A stretch of DNA of 64,000 nt from an uncultured virus (IMG/VR IMGVR_UViG_2814123177_000001) (Duplodnaviria > Heunggongvirae > Uroviricota > Caudoviricetes): IMG/VR virus record IMGVR_UViG_2814123177_000001. One strand, given 5' to 3'. The position numbers and the translations under genes were made by a program. The notes beneath the pieces were generated by a model that saw nothing but the letters and a program-made list of their open reading frames with translations, was not told where the DNA came from and searched no databases. This document shows positions 16,710 to 26,478 of the stretch, one piece after another; the first letter of the stretch is position 1, and each line of letters opens with the position of its first letter.

Positions 16710-17873
16710 TCACCTCTCGTTTGTTATAATTCTTCTTATGAATATATTCTTACCTTTCGTTGGTTTACCTTTATAATCAAAACCATATTCACCTGAAGCC
16801 TCAAGCTTAATGGTATGTTTACCTTTAGATAAATCATTAGATATTATTATTTGTTTCTCCCGTGGTTCAGCAGTATACGGATTGACTTGTTGTTTAAGTT
16901 CTCCATCAATATATACATTAATTAAACCACTATCATCAGTACCTAACAAAGTGAAACCAATCATGTTACCAACAAACTCTTTTTCAAGATACGAGCCCTT
17001 CTTATTACTCGTGAAGTAATTATTATTACTGAAGCTATAATTCTCAAACCCTTCATTAGTATCAAAGTTTGAATTAGATATTAGCTTAGTGTATTGATTT
17101 TCTAGATACATTAATTTTTGATTCAATTCAGCTGGTTTTTTCTTTTGATCTATACTTTGTTTAAGTGCTTTAAAAATTACATCAGCATAAATTTCATAAC
17201 CCTCATTTGTCGGGTGAATTGAGTCAACAGTCATTTCGGCTTTAGTCTTACCATCAGCCCAAAATTCATCTCGAGTATCAATTAGGATTGTGTTATGTCT
17301 TTTGGATAATTTTTTAGCAGTATCTGCAAATTCTTCATCTTCAATACTACTTTCTATCAAGGAAACAATTTCTGCTTTTGGGTTATTCTCTTTAATACTT
17401 CTTATTAAATTTTCATAAAATATTCCGTAATCTTTTGGAGACATAACCGCTTGGTCGTTTTGTCCAAAACATATAAAAACTAGGTCATATGCATGTACAA
17501 TATCTGTCGGAAAATAATTAACATAACCATCAAAAATTGTAGCTCCACCAGCAGTGATCTTTTTGGTAGTGATAAAGTTTATATTGAATTCTTTTTTTAA
17601 CTTTTCATTTAGTAAGTTAAACCAAAAGTAGTCTTTATCACCAGTACCACTACTTTGTCCAATACTATCACCAATAATCAGATAGTTTATATCTTCCTTT
17701 TTAGATACTTTTTCATAAAAATCGGTGTATTCTATATTGTATTTTTCCTTATCAATATTAGAAACACCGCTAGGGTTCTTCGAGTTATTAAAATTTAGCC
17801 ATCCTATTACGATAACAACGATTAGTAATAAAATTAGGATAGGCAGTAAAAAAGCTTTTATTCTTTTTTCCAT
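16710..17873 (-). CDS. Membrane-anchored SGNH/GDSL hydrolase (moron)
   Basis: N-terminal TM; GDSIG, GQND, DSIHP; own TATAAT and GGAGG; AT-rich. Confidence 0.8.
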   Translation of the reverse strand: MEKRIKAFLLPILILLLIVVIVIGWLNFNNSKNPSGVSNIDKEKYNIEYTDFYEKVSKKEDINYLIIGDSIGQSSGTGDKDYFWFNLLNEKLKKEFNINFITTKKITAGGATIFDGYVNYFPTDIVHAYDLVFICFGQNDQAVMSPKDYGIFYENLIRSIKENNPKAEIVSLIESSIEDEEFADTAKKLSKRHNTILIDTRDEFWADGKTKAEMTVDSIHPTNEGYEIYADVIFKALKQSIDQKKKPAELNQKLMYLENQYTKLISNSNFDTNEGFENYSFSNNNYFTSNKKGSYLEKEFVGNMIGFTLLGTDDSGLINVYIDGELKQQVNPYTAEPREKQIIISNDLSKGKHTIKLEASGEYGFDYKGKPTKGKNIFIRRIITNER

Positions 17874-17941
17874 AACTTCCTCCAATTAATATCTTGTAAG
17901 GAAAATTATACAATAAATATTTCTTTAAAAAAACAATCTTA

Positions 17942-19651
17942 TTACAAATTCTTGATAAATGCCGCTATCTGCTTACCAATTTTTTCGTGTCCAACATCGT
18001 TAGGGTGTAGACCATCGACAGTTAATTCATCTAAATTTAAATCAGTAAAACCAGAAGTGTGATACAAATCTAAAACAGGGACAGCATACCTCGCACAAAC
18101 TTCCTTAATTGCATTTACAACATCTACTAGTTTATATCCCAATTCATTAACTGTAGTTTCACTCCAACCATTCAATGTAGTGGTTGGACTAGTTTTAAAG
18201 TTTCTTTGTAAAGGAGTTATAAAGAACAATTTAGTTGTTGGTGCATTTGTAAGAACTGTTCTTATAATGCTATCAATCGCTCCATAAACAGTTGTTTTTT
18301 GGGTATCTCCTATTTGACCTAATGGTTTTGCTGGTATGTTTCCCCAATCATTTGTACCGCCACTTATACTAATTACATCTGCTGTAAAGTCCATGTTCGT
18401 TACTCTATACGCCATAGAAGTAGTATCATTTTCATCTGTAGAAGCTAGACACGTTCCACCAATACCATAATTATTTATCGTCTTAAACCCTATTACTTGG
18501 TTTATTACAGCTTGGTATTTACCTGCAGCAGTGATTGAATCTCCCATAGAATTGTATTTTTTTAAAAAGAATTGATTTTCTAACGACTTACCATTTACGG
18601 TTAAAATTGCATTCAACTTATTTTGATAAAAGTTATTTAACCAAAACAGTCCAATGAATAACAATGATTCAGAGCTAGCTGCTGTTGCAGTTCTCGCCTC
18701 CATTATTCCTGTATCACTGTTAAAAAATAGAATCGCAACACCTGAATATGAACTAAGATCTAAAGTACCTGCATATAACCTTGTTCTCGAAAGACCGCTT
18801 CCAAAAACATACGTATCACTCCAACTTAACGTTTTTGTTGTTGGGTTGTAATCTATAGGATCAGAAATAAAACAATACCGACCAAATGGAGTTCTTTGAG
18901 TGGATAGTGTTTTTACATCTACTCCATTAACAGTTAATTTGAAATTTAGCAAACTTCTTGTGAAGTTATTTAACCACAGAATACCTAAAGTAATGTGGTC
19001 TTCAGAAGCAGATTCCAATGCGCTTTTTGCGTTAATAGTTCCTGTTGAACTATTGAAATAAATTATAACCGAACCTGAAAAATTGGTTAAATCTACAGAC
19101 CCCGCGTTTAAAGGTGTCCTAGATAGTGTGCCTCCAAATACGTAGGTTGCATTCCAACTTAGAAGTTTTGTTGTTGTGTTATAATCTACGGTATCAGGAA
19201 TAAAAGCCCAGCGACCAAATTTCGATATTTGATCCGAAGTAATTAATGGAATACTCCCGTTTACTTTCAATTTAAAATTAAGGATACTGCTTTTTAAATC
19301 ACTTAAATACATGATACCTAGTAAAATATCCGTATCTGTAGATGTATCGGTAGCGAATCTAGCAATGATCACACCATTTTTAGAGTCAAAAAATAAAACG
19401 ACTGAATTATTTCCAAATTTAGTCAAATCGATTTCTCCACTACGTAAGGGAATACGATTTGACTTAGTGCCAAATACATATGTGTCTGGCCAACTAAGTA
19501 TGTGACTAGTTGTATCATAATTCAAAGCATCTGAAATGTTTATATAGTTCCCAAGTACTTTATTCCGGATATCATCCATACCAAGAATTACGGTGTTAAT
19601 CTTGTTTCTACCTACGTTTAACGAGTCCTGGGCATTTATTAAATCAGCCAT
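17942..19651 (-). CDS. Putative virion protein with three tandem repeats and a C-terminal SGNH esterase
   Basis: Three ~107-aa repeats (Y..TT..LSW..TYVFG); GDSIT, GTND, DGLHP; follows Dit. Confidence 0.75.
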   Translation of the reverse strand: MADLINAQDSLNVGRNKINTVILGMDDIRNKVLGNYINISDALNYDTTSHILSWPDTYVFGTKSNRIPLRSGEIDLTKFGNNSVVLFFDSKNGVIIARFATDTSTDTDILLGIMYLSDLKSSILNFKLKVNGSIPLITSDQISKFGRWAFIPDTVDYNTTTKLLSWNATYVFGGTLSRTPLNAGSVDLTNFSGSVIIYFNSSTGTINAKSALESASEDHITLGILWLNNFTRSLLNFKLTVNGVDVKTLSTQRTPFGRYCFISDPIDYNPTTKTLSWSDTYVFGSGLSRTRLYAGTLDLSSYSGVAILFFNSDTGIMEARTATAASSESLLFIGLFWLNNFYQNKLNAILTVNGKSLENQFFLKKYNSMGDSITAAGKYQAVINQVIGFKTINNYGIGGTCLASTDENDTTSMAYRVTNMDFTADVISISGGTNDWGNIPAKPLGQIGDTQKTTVYGAIDSIIRTVLTNAPTTKLFFITPLQRNFKTSPTTTLNGWSETTVNELGYKLVDVVNAIKEVCARYAVPVLDLYHTSGFTDLNLDELTVDGLHPNDVGHEKIGKQIAAFIKNL

Positions 19652-19667
19652 CTACTTTCCTCACTCC

Positions 19668-20474
19668 TTAGATAAATTGATCTCGGAATTTTGTCGCGAT
19701 TGTCAGATTCAGATTAGTTCCGCTGATACTTATGGAGTTATCTCCGTTGAGCAACTCGATAAAGTTACCGCTTAAAATTGAAAGTGAACTTTCTCCATTA
19801 ACAGTCACAGTGAAATTTTCGCAATCAATAATAATTATTTTGTTTTCAAAAGATTCAAGTAACATTTCATTACCGTTTACACCTATTACTACATCAGTAC
19901 CTGAACCTTCAATTGCAATAACAGGCCTAACCAATAGACCTTCTACGTACACATTGAGAGATGTGGCATTTGTGATTGTCACTGGTTTCCCTCCTCCGCT
20001 ATTTCCTAAAGAATACTGCGACTCGAAGGTAATCTTTTCGCTTCCCCATGCAACCTCGTCGTTTGTTACCAGCGACTTGGCGTATGGGTCAAATGCAGTC
20101 ATCGGCACAGTGAATTTCGCCGTATATGCAATCTTATCAACCGGAATATTCCCGCTATATCGCACATAATAAAAACGGTCAGGCTCCGATTCAAAACGAA
20201 GCTTAACCGTCTTTGGTCTTCCGTATCTATCAATTAATAGTTGCGTAAACTCCCGCACTTTTGTCGCTATTAGGTTATGATCACGCACGCCGGCAATGGC
20301 GCAATTTAGTTCGAAGTTTCTAACGCCTAATTCACCGCCTAAATCATACGCGCCAGGTCTACCTGGAATAACTACCGACCGATCTCTAGTAGTAGGTAGC
20401 GCAGGTTCCTCGCCGCCTACTAATACTATTACGCCGATATCTGGCAAATAAGTTTCGTCAATCCATACGCTCAT
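19668..20474 (-). CDS. Distal tail protein (Dit)
   Basis: IPGRPGAYD, EPDRFYY, FDPYA; follows the tape measure gene. Confidence 0.85.
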   Translation of the reverse strand: MSVWIDETYLPDIGVIVLVGGEEPALPTTRDRSVVIPGRPGAYDLGGELGVRNFELNCAIAGVRDHNLIATKVREFTQLLIDRYGRPKTVKLRFESEPDRFYYVRYSGNIPVDKIAYTAKFTVPMTAFDPYAKSLVTNDEVAWGSEKITFESQYSLGNSGGGKPVTITNATSLNVYVEGLLVRPVIAIEGSGTDVVIGVNGNEMLLESFENKIIIIDCENFTVTVNGESSLSILSGNFIELLNGDNSISISGTNLNLTIATKFRDQFI

Positions 20475-22787
20475 TTACCTACGCCCCTTCCTGCGTTTTG
20501 CTTGTTGTTCTAGGCGGTGTAATTCCCTCGCCATTGTAAGCGCATCTTGCTCGCCATTTATGTTAAACGTAGCGCCGTCGAACATTCGCTCGAAGTTTAC
20601 AATCGATTCTGACTGCACTTGTTCTGACGGATTAACCGTCGCAAATCCACTTACACTGCCAGTCGGTGTATCATACGCTAAGGTAGCGCTCATAGCTTCC
20701 GGCATTATAGCTTTCGACATCTCTTTCGTTGCCGCTATAACCGTCTTGATATTTCCGGTGATACCGTCGGCAACACCTGCCGGAATCCAACGTCCAACGT
20801 CTTTTTTCATAACTTTCGATGGTGAATTAATATCGAAGAAGGAAGTAAAGCCGTCTTTTATCTTTTCACCGATATTTGATACCGCATTTTTAACCGACCT
20901 AACCATCGATGAAATACCATTTATTAATCCGCCAATGATATCTGCCCCGATTTGGTACAAATCAATGCCTTCGAAATATCCAACGATGTTATTCCAAATC
21001 TCTTTCGCGGTGGACTTAATTGTTTCCCAAGCGCCTTTCCAGTCTCCTTGTATCAACTTCATCACCGTTTGTATAATACCGAGCACTAAGCTAATCGCCG
21101 TACTCACGACAGATTTTATCGTAGCCCATGCGATTTTAATAATACCTACAATTAACGGCCAAGCGACTTGGAAAACACCTTTAATTACGCCCATAACTGT
21201 TTTGATAATTTCGACTACAATCCCGAATGCTGTAGTAACGATAATCATAATCGCTTTCCCATTTTCGTCCCAAAACGCTTTTATCTTCGCAAGTTGCTGC
21301 GATATAAACTCGCTGATGTCGGCCATAACGAACTGAACAACACCTTTGATATATTCAAGCGCTATAAAGAATGCGTTCTTTATCCATGCCCACGCCGCAT
21401 CTACCATGTCACGAAACCATTCAACTTTTTGGTATGCAATTACAAAAGCTGCCCCAAGCGCAATAACTCCTAAAACTATCCCCGCTACAACTCCTATTGT
21501 AGTAAGAATAGCTGCAGAAGTTGTTCCGAGAGCAATTGCAAGTGATCCTAGTCCACTCGAGACTAAACCTACAAAACCTAGTAATAATCCGAAACCTGAA
21601 ATAAGTAGAGATATTCCACCAATAATCGCGGTTATTATCACAAGTGTTTTCTTCATACCTTCCGGCATTTTATTAAACCAATTAAGCAATTTCGAAAGCC
21701 ATACCGCTACGGTCTGAACAGCTGGCGCTAATTGGTCACCGATTGAAATAACAAGCGACTCAATCGCGCCACTCATTTCCTCTAATGCGCCACCTATACC
21801 CGCTTTCATCTGATCCGCTGCTTTTTTCGATGCACCTTCGCTACCTTCTAACGATGCCGTCATTTCGTCGATTTTTTTCGGTCCAGCTTCCATCAAAGCT
21901 AAAAAGCCGGATACCGCTTCGGTTCCGACTAACGCAGCAAGATTGGCTGCTTTCTGTGTGTCTGTCATGCCTTCCATAGATTTCGATATATTATCAACTA
22001 ATCCTGATAAACCTACGAAATTACCTTTTGCATCTGTTATTGCAATCCCCATTGATTCCATCATCTTCGAGTTCTTCTCCGACGGATTTAATAGCGCCAA
22101 CATTGACGCACGAAGCGCTGTTCCGGCGTTCTCGCCTTTTAAACCAGCATTCGTCATTAAACCGATTGCCGCAGATAATTCTTCCATCGAAACTCCTAAC
22201 GCTGCGGCTGGCGCACCAGCATATTTAAACGCATATTGCATATCTTCGATTCCTGCTGCCGTTGAGTTCGCTGACTCCGCTAACACGTCCGCAACTCGAC
22301 TAGCCTCACTCGCTTCTAATCCCCATATGTTTAACGCCGAAGATACAGTATCAGATGTCATCGCTAAGTCTTCACCGGATGCCTCCGCTGCGGATATTAC
22401 GCCAGGCATTGCGGCGATTACTTGATTAGCGTCGAATCCTTTGGCGGCAAGTTCTGTCATTGCGATTGCCACTTCGCTCGCACTTTTCGATGTATTGGCG
22501 CCGAGTTCAATTGCCGACTGTTTCATAGCGTCAAATTCTGCCGTGTTAGCACCCGCAATTGCGCCAGCTTTACGCATCGCAGAATCAAAATCTGCCGACT
22601 GCTTAACTGCAAAACCTAACCCTGCACCGATACTTAGCCCGACCGAACCAAAACCTTTCGCGATATCAGCACCTAATTGTTGCGTTCGAGAACCAAAATC
22701 GGAAAGTGTATTGTTTGCACTTCGGAGATTATTCGTCAAGTTTGATATATTTGCACCTAACTCAACGATAATACTATGGTCTGCCAT
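20475..22787 (-). CDS. Tail tape measure protein (TP901 core)
   Basis: ADFDSAM...AIELGANT...AGTALR; Trp-spaced repeats; FDINSPSKV. Confidence 0.92.
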   Translation of the reverse strand: MADHSIIVELGANISNLTNNLRSANNTLSDFGSRTQQLGADIAKGFGSVGLSIGAGLGFAVKQSADFDSAMRKAGAIAGANTAEFDAMKQSAIELGANTSKSASEVAIAMTELAAKGFDANQVIAAMPGVISAAEASGEDLAMTSDTVSSALNIWGLEASEASRVADVLAESANSTAAGIEDMQYAFKYAGAPAAALGVSMEELSAAIGLMTNAGLKGENAGTALRASMLALLNPSEKNSKMMESMGIAITDAKGNFVGLSGLVDNISKSMEGMTDTQKAANLAALVGTEAVSGFLALMEAGPKKIDEMTASLEGSEGASKKAADQMKAGIGGALEEMSGAIESLVISIGDQLAPAVQTVAVWLSKLLNWFNKMPEGMKKTLVIITAIIGGISLLISGFGLLLGFVGLVSSGLGSLAIALGTTSAAILTTIGVVAGIVLGVIALGAAFVIAYQKVEWFRDMVDAAWAWIKNAFFIALEYIKGVVQFVMADISEFISQQLAKIKAFWDENGKAIMIIVTTAFGIVVEIIKTVMGVIKGVFQVAWPLIVGIIKIAWATIKSVVSTAISLVLGIIQTVMKLIQGDWKGAWETIKSTAKEIWNNIVGYFEGIDLYQIGADIIGGLINGISSMVRSVKNAVSNIGEKIKDGFTSFFDINSPSKVMKKDVGRWIPAGVADGITGNIKTVIAATKEMSKAIMPEAMSATLAYDTPTGSVSGFATVNPSEQVQSESIVNFERMFDGATFNINGEQDALTMARELHRLEQQAKRRKGRR

Positions 22788-23064
22788 TCGCTTCCTCCTT
22801 TCCGCTAAACTGCTCGAATTGGGATAACCATTCCGATGCGTGTTTCGCTTTTTCTATGCCTTCTTGGAGTTCTGCTTCCGCTTTTTCGTCTGCTGGCCGT
22901 TTGAATAAGTCGGTTGCTTTAATTGACTTTTTCGCATTCTGCGCCTTTAGATTCATGATTGCAAAATGAGATTGGCGTTCATATTCGTCATACTTTCGTT
23001 CCATTTGCGCACCTAATAGCAACCGAAATTCTTTTGGCGTTAAGTCGTAAACTTGTTCGGGCAA
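22774..23064 (-). CDS. Tail assembly chaperone C-terminal (-1 frameshift) portion
   Basis: LTPKEF motif; frame open back to the slippery site at 23178-23184. Confidence 0.7.
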   Translation of the reverse strand: MPEQVYDLTPKEFRLLLGAQMERKYDEYERQSHFAIMNLKAQNAKKSIKATDLFKRPADEKAEAELQEGIEKAKHASEWLSQFEQFSGKEEANGRP

Positions 23065-23102
23065 AAGTTGTAAGTATCGCCAACCGTCCGAAAGGATTTT
23101 AT

Positions 23103-23468
23103 CTATCCTAAAATCTCTTTCATCATCTCGAACGTTTTCGGATCTTTCTTCGCTAATTTCGCCACGGTTTTCTTGAAGAAAAAACTTTCCACAACCACCT
23201 CGTTAGATATTTTCAAAATTGCATCCATATCGAGTTGCTCTGATTCGAATGCTTTTTCGATTGCTTCTTCAATTTTTTTTAGCGAGAAGTTTTCGCCAGT
23301 ATGAAATAATCCTGCATGGACGATGTTTGCGAATGTATCTAAATCGCCAGTCATTGCTCGCCCGATGAGTTCAAGCGCTCCGCCATCGTACAAACTTCCT
23401 AAATGTCTAACACTAGCGAATGTAAGTTTTACTTCATACTCTTTCCCTTCTACTTCAAAACGTGCCAT
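23103..23468 (-). CDS. Tail assembly chaperone
   Basis: Between major tail and TMP; contains T TTT TTC slippery heptamer. Confidence 0.8.
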   Translation of the reverse strand: MARFEVEGKEYEVKLTFASVRHLGSLYDGGALELIGRAMTGDLDTFANIVHAGLFHTGENFSLKKIEEAIEKAFESEQLDMDAILKISNEVVVESFFFKKTVAKLAKKDPKTFEMMKEILG

Positions 23469-23512
23469 CTATATCATCCTCTCGGTAATTTTCGAAATTA
23501 AAAAAGAGCGCG

Positions 23513-23947
23513 TTATTGCGCTCCTTCCGGTATTGTCGTTAACGTTTCCTCAGTAACTTCTCCATTTAATGTTCCGCTTAGTGAATACGTTGCAAAATCA
23601 CTTGTTCCAAACGATCTCTCGAATGATGAAATCATATACATTCCCCATTCCGCTTTTTTCGTTCTCGTATCCACTTCGTAAATCTTAACGAATTCTTTAG
23701 CTCTTATTGCTTTCTTAATATACGTAATAAACGGGTCTCCTTCTGAAATAACTCCTTCCAAAGAAACCTCTTCCGTTATTTTTGCGTAATCCGATCCCGA
23801 TTTATCTTTTGTGTCTAAATCAATTGAATCGGCAGAGATATTGGTAGACCCCGCAGTTTGGTTGAATGGTCTATGCAACGTTTCTTCGGACGTTTCTCCT
23901 GGTATCGCTACTACAAAAAGGATCTCTTCGCCTTTATATTCGATCAC
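23513..23947 (-). CDS. Major tail protein (TP901-1 type)
   Basis: YKGEEIL...DSIDLDTKD...ATYSLSGTLNG. Confidence 0.8.
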   Translation of the reverse strand: MIEYKGEEILFVVAIPGETSEETLHRPFNQTAGSTNISADSIDLDTKDKSGSDYAKITEEVSLEGVISEGDPFITYIKKAIRAKEFVKIYEVDTRTKKAEWGMYMISSFERSFGTSDFATYSLSGTLNGEVTEETLTTIPEGAQ

Positions 23948-24381
23948 TAATAACTCCCCCTATTTTTCGTTAGTTCCACCGATATATCGAAATACATGTG
24001 GTGGTATTGCGTTGTGTTACTAATGTCATCCGCTGGTATTGGCGTTTCTGTGGCTACGTCAACATAAAAAGAACCGATAGTTTGCGATGGAACTGTCACA
24101 GTGACTAACGGTATCTCGTCGAATAAAAATATTTCTTTTACGGCGTCTTGTAATTTCGCACGCTCACTCGAACTACTCGCAAATAAACCAACTTGAAATC
24201 GGTACGTTGTCGCCATAGTTTCGCGCAACTTCGCAACTTGCGTTATATTATTCTGCAATTGTTCTATCGTAAGAAACGGCTTAGTCTTCGGCAACTCAAC
24301 CCCATCGAACACCCATACGCAGTTCATTCCGGTTTTATTCGCAAGCCAAGTACGAATAGAGTGCTGCAGTTCTATCTGCAT
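23947..24381 (-). CDS. Tail terminator / completion protein
   Basis: Position and size. Confidence 0.6.
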   Translation of the reverse strand: MQIELQHSIRTWLANKTGMNCVWVFDGVELPKTKPFLTIEQLQNNITQVAKLRETMATTYRFQVGLFASSSSERAKLQDAVKEIFLFDEIPLVTVTVPSQTIGSFYVDVATETPIPADDISNTTQYHHMYFDISVELTKNRGSY

Positions 24382-24385
24382 GTCA

Positions 24386-24733
24386 TCACCTTCCTAAATC
24401 GCGAACGTATCCGAGTATTTTTTCGCGGTAAGGTTCTTCGTTATTCCAAACTGATTTACGGATAAATGCCTTCTTCGTCTTATTCTCGTATTCTTGTTTT
24501 CGTGCATAATCAACGTTCGATCCATACTGCCAATGAGTTTCATCTATTTGTTCCGGACTAGCAACGATAGAGTTTCGCAATATACCATCTTTGACTGGCG
24601 CCATTTCCGCAGCTTCATTTGCAGCTTTGCGCGTATATGCTTCTGTCGTGTTTGCGACATCCCGTACTAAATCGTCATATTCCAACGAAGACAACACTCG
24701 GTTTAATCCTTGGATGCGAATAGTCATGACCAC
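24386..24733 (-). CDS. HK97 gp10-like neck protein
   Basis: APVKDGILRNSI, SNVDYARKQEY. Confidence 0.75.
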   Translation of the reverse strand: MVMTIRIQGLNRVLSSLEYDDLVRDVANTTEAYTRKAANEAAEMAPVKDGILRNSIVASPEQIDETHWQYGSNVDYARKQEYENKTKKAFIRKSVWNNEEPYREKILGYVRDLGR

Positions 24734-25122
24734 TTCCTCCCTAAAAACTCGATTCGATTCCGTTTGCCAATCCCTTTCTTATCGCTCGCTAATATTTCAT
24801 AGTCAACTCCGTCATATTTTACAAGCGTAATAGTTTTCGCTACGTCTTCGATTAAATCGATGTTCACCGAAAACCAAATGTCACCTGTTTCAATTAGTAT
24901 TCCGTTTATTAGTTCACGTTCACTATTCGCTGAAGCAGTCGAAGATATTTCCGTCACAACTGACGGCACAATTCGTTCGCCAGGTACTTCGCCAATTGGC
25001 TCGTTTGTGATTGGATCGTATGAAACTTCACCGGCATAATAAACGGTTATATCATGCGTACGTTTGGCGGTTATTTCCGCCCGGTTTTGCTTCATAAATT
25101 CGATATCAGCATCCGTTAGCAT
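24724..25122 (-). CDS. Head closure / head-tail joining protein
   Basis: Position and size. Confidence 0.55.
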   Translation of the reverse strand: MLTDADIEFMKQNRAEITAKRTHDITVYYAGEVSYDPITNEPIGEVPGERIVPSVVTEISSTASANSERELINGILIETGDIWFSVNIDLIEDVAKTITLVKYDGVDYEILASDKKGIGKRNRIEFLGRKWS

Positions 25123-25123
25123 C

Positions 25124-25912
25124 TTATAACCACCTTTCGTTTAGTACGTACGTTAAGAATCCGGTGCAATTCGGATGAGGATTATAAATCTCGCTTGCTG
25201 TTGGCGGATATATTCCAGGACCCATTCCGTAAGAATCTGCCTTTTCGAGAATTGTACAACGGTGATTAGGTCGGTCTGCTTTACCGTGGTGTACTCGCAT
25301 CGCCTTGACTACTTTGCTTTGTTGCGCCGAATATGCCGCTGCGGTACGAAATGCCGTATTGCCTTCCGTCACAACCAATCGCTTAATTTTCCACGTTTCG
25401 TTTTCGTAAACTTTTCTAACCGCCGCAATCATCGTTGTAACAGCCTCGCCGCGAATGACGCCCGAGCGAATTGTTTTCGATAGTTCCTCGCGTTGGTCGC
25501 CCGCTAACTGCCAAACGCGATCGGAAAGAACAAGACCGTCCTCTCCGAAGCGATTGACTACATAGCGAAATACATTTGCGTTTACTTTATCGAAGGAAAT
25601 TCCGTCGGCAATAATCGAAGCAGCGATGCCGTCCGTTAAAGCCGACGCCGATTCCTTAATGATCGATTCCAGCGCGTTCATGCCGTTCTTGCGGACCGCT
25701 TTTTCAATCGTTTCTAATTCGCGTAATAATGCGTTTAAACGCTGTCGTTTAATTATTCCGTCGCTATCTGCATATTCCGCTAATTTTTCGACTAACTCGG
25801 CCCGTACGCGATTAATTTCCGCAACTGCAAAGCGTTGCTGCTTGGCGTTAAGTTTAATATATTTATCGGAAAGACTTTCGAGCAGCTTGTCGAGTTTCTC
25901 TTGGTTCGTCAT
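25124..25912 (-). CDS. Minor head protein (MuF/SPP1 gp7-like)
   Basis: LSDRVW, RLVVTE, PHPNC motifs. Confidence 0.7.
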   Translation of the reverse strand: MTNQEKLDKLLESLSDKYIKLNAKQQRFAVAEINRVRAELVEKLAEYADSDGIIKRQRLNALLRELETIEKAVRKNGMNALESIIKESASALTDGIAASIIADGISFDKVNANVFRYVVNRFGEDGLVLSDRVWQLAGDQREELSKTIRSGVIRGEAVTTMIAAVRKVYENETWKIKRLVVTEGNTAFRTAAAYSAQQSKVVKAMRVHHGKADRPNHRCTILEKADSYGMGPGIYPPTASEIYNPHPNCTGFLTYVLNERWL

Positions 25913-26280
25913 AAACGATCAACTCGCTTTAAATGGCGGAAATTTGAACCGCCTGTAACTGCCTTTTTCTGCTCATATTGCGAACGTAAGTCCGACGCTA
26001 ATTTGCGATACTGTTCCGATATCTTAGTTTTATCGACTTGTTCTTCACCGTCACGATATGAGAAGTAGTGCGCAGTTGCTAAAGCGATTTGTCCAGCGCC
26101 TTCCGCTTGTGCATAAAGTAAAATTAACGAGTCCTTTTCGGAAGGGATGTTATCCGACGTTTTATAGCCGTGCTCCAATAACGCCTCTTCCGTCCAATCA
26201 GTCGCGTCGGTAATTGTTATATTAGGTACGCCTTTGAAACGTTTGAATAAACGTTCTGAAAGCTCGGTTAAATTCGCCAT
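25909..26280 (-). CDS. Head-tail adaptor
   Basis: Position after capsid; helical ~120 aa. Confidence 0.55.
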   Translation of the reverse strand: MANLTELSERLFKRFKGVPNITITDATDWTEEALLEHGYKTSDNIPSEKDSLILLYAQAEGAGQIALATAHYFSYRDGEEQVDKTKISEQYRKLASDLRSQYEQKKAVTGGSNFRHLKRVDRL

Positions 26281-26292
26281 GATTACGTCCTC

Positions 26293-26478
26293 CTATTCCG
26301 TTTTTTTGCGTCTTCTTGTCGCTGGCTTTTTCGGTTCTTCCTCCGGATCTTTTTCTTGCGGAAGAATTTCGACGTACTTTATAGCTGCGAGGTGTTTCGC
26401 TGATTGTTCGTCAATTTCGATAATAGAACCGGTAGTGCTCCCATCCACTACCGCGTTCAGTACTTTCACTTTTACCAT
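26293..26478 (-). CDS. Small head-associated protein
   Basis: VKVKVL...GSIIEIDE..AKHL with basic tail, typical after MCP. Confidence 0.6.
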   Translation of the reverse strand: MVKVKVLNAVVDGSTTGSIIEIDEQSAKHLAAIKYVEILPQEKDPEEEPKKPATRRRKKTE

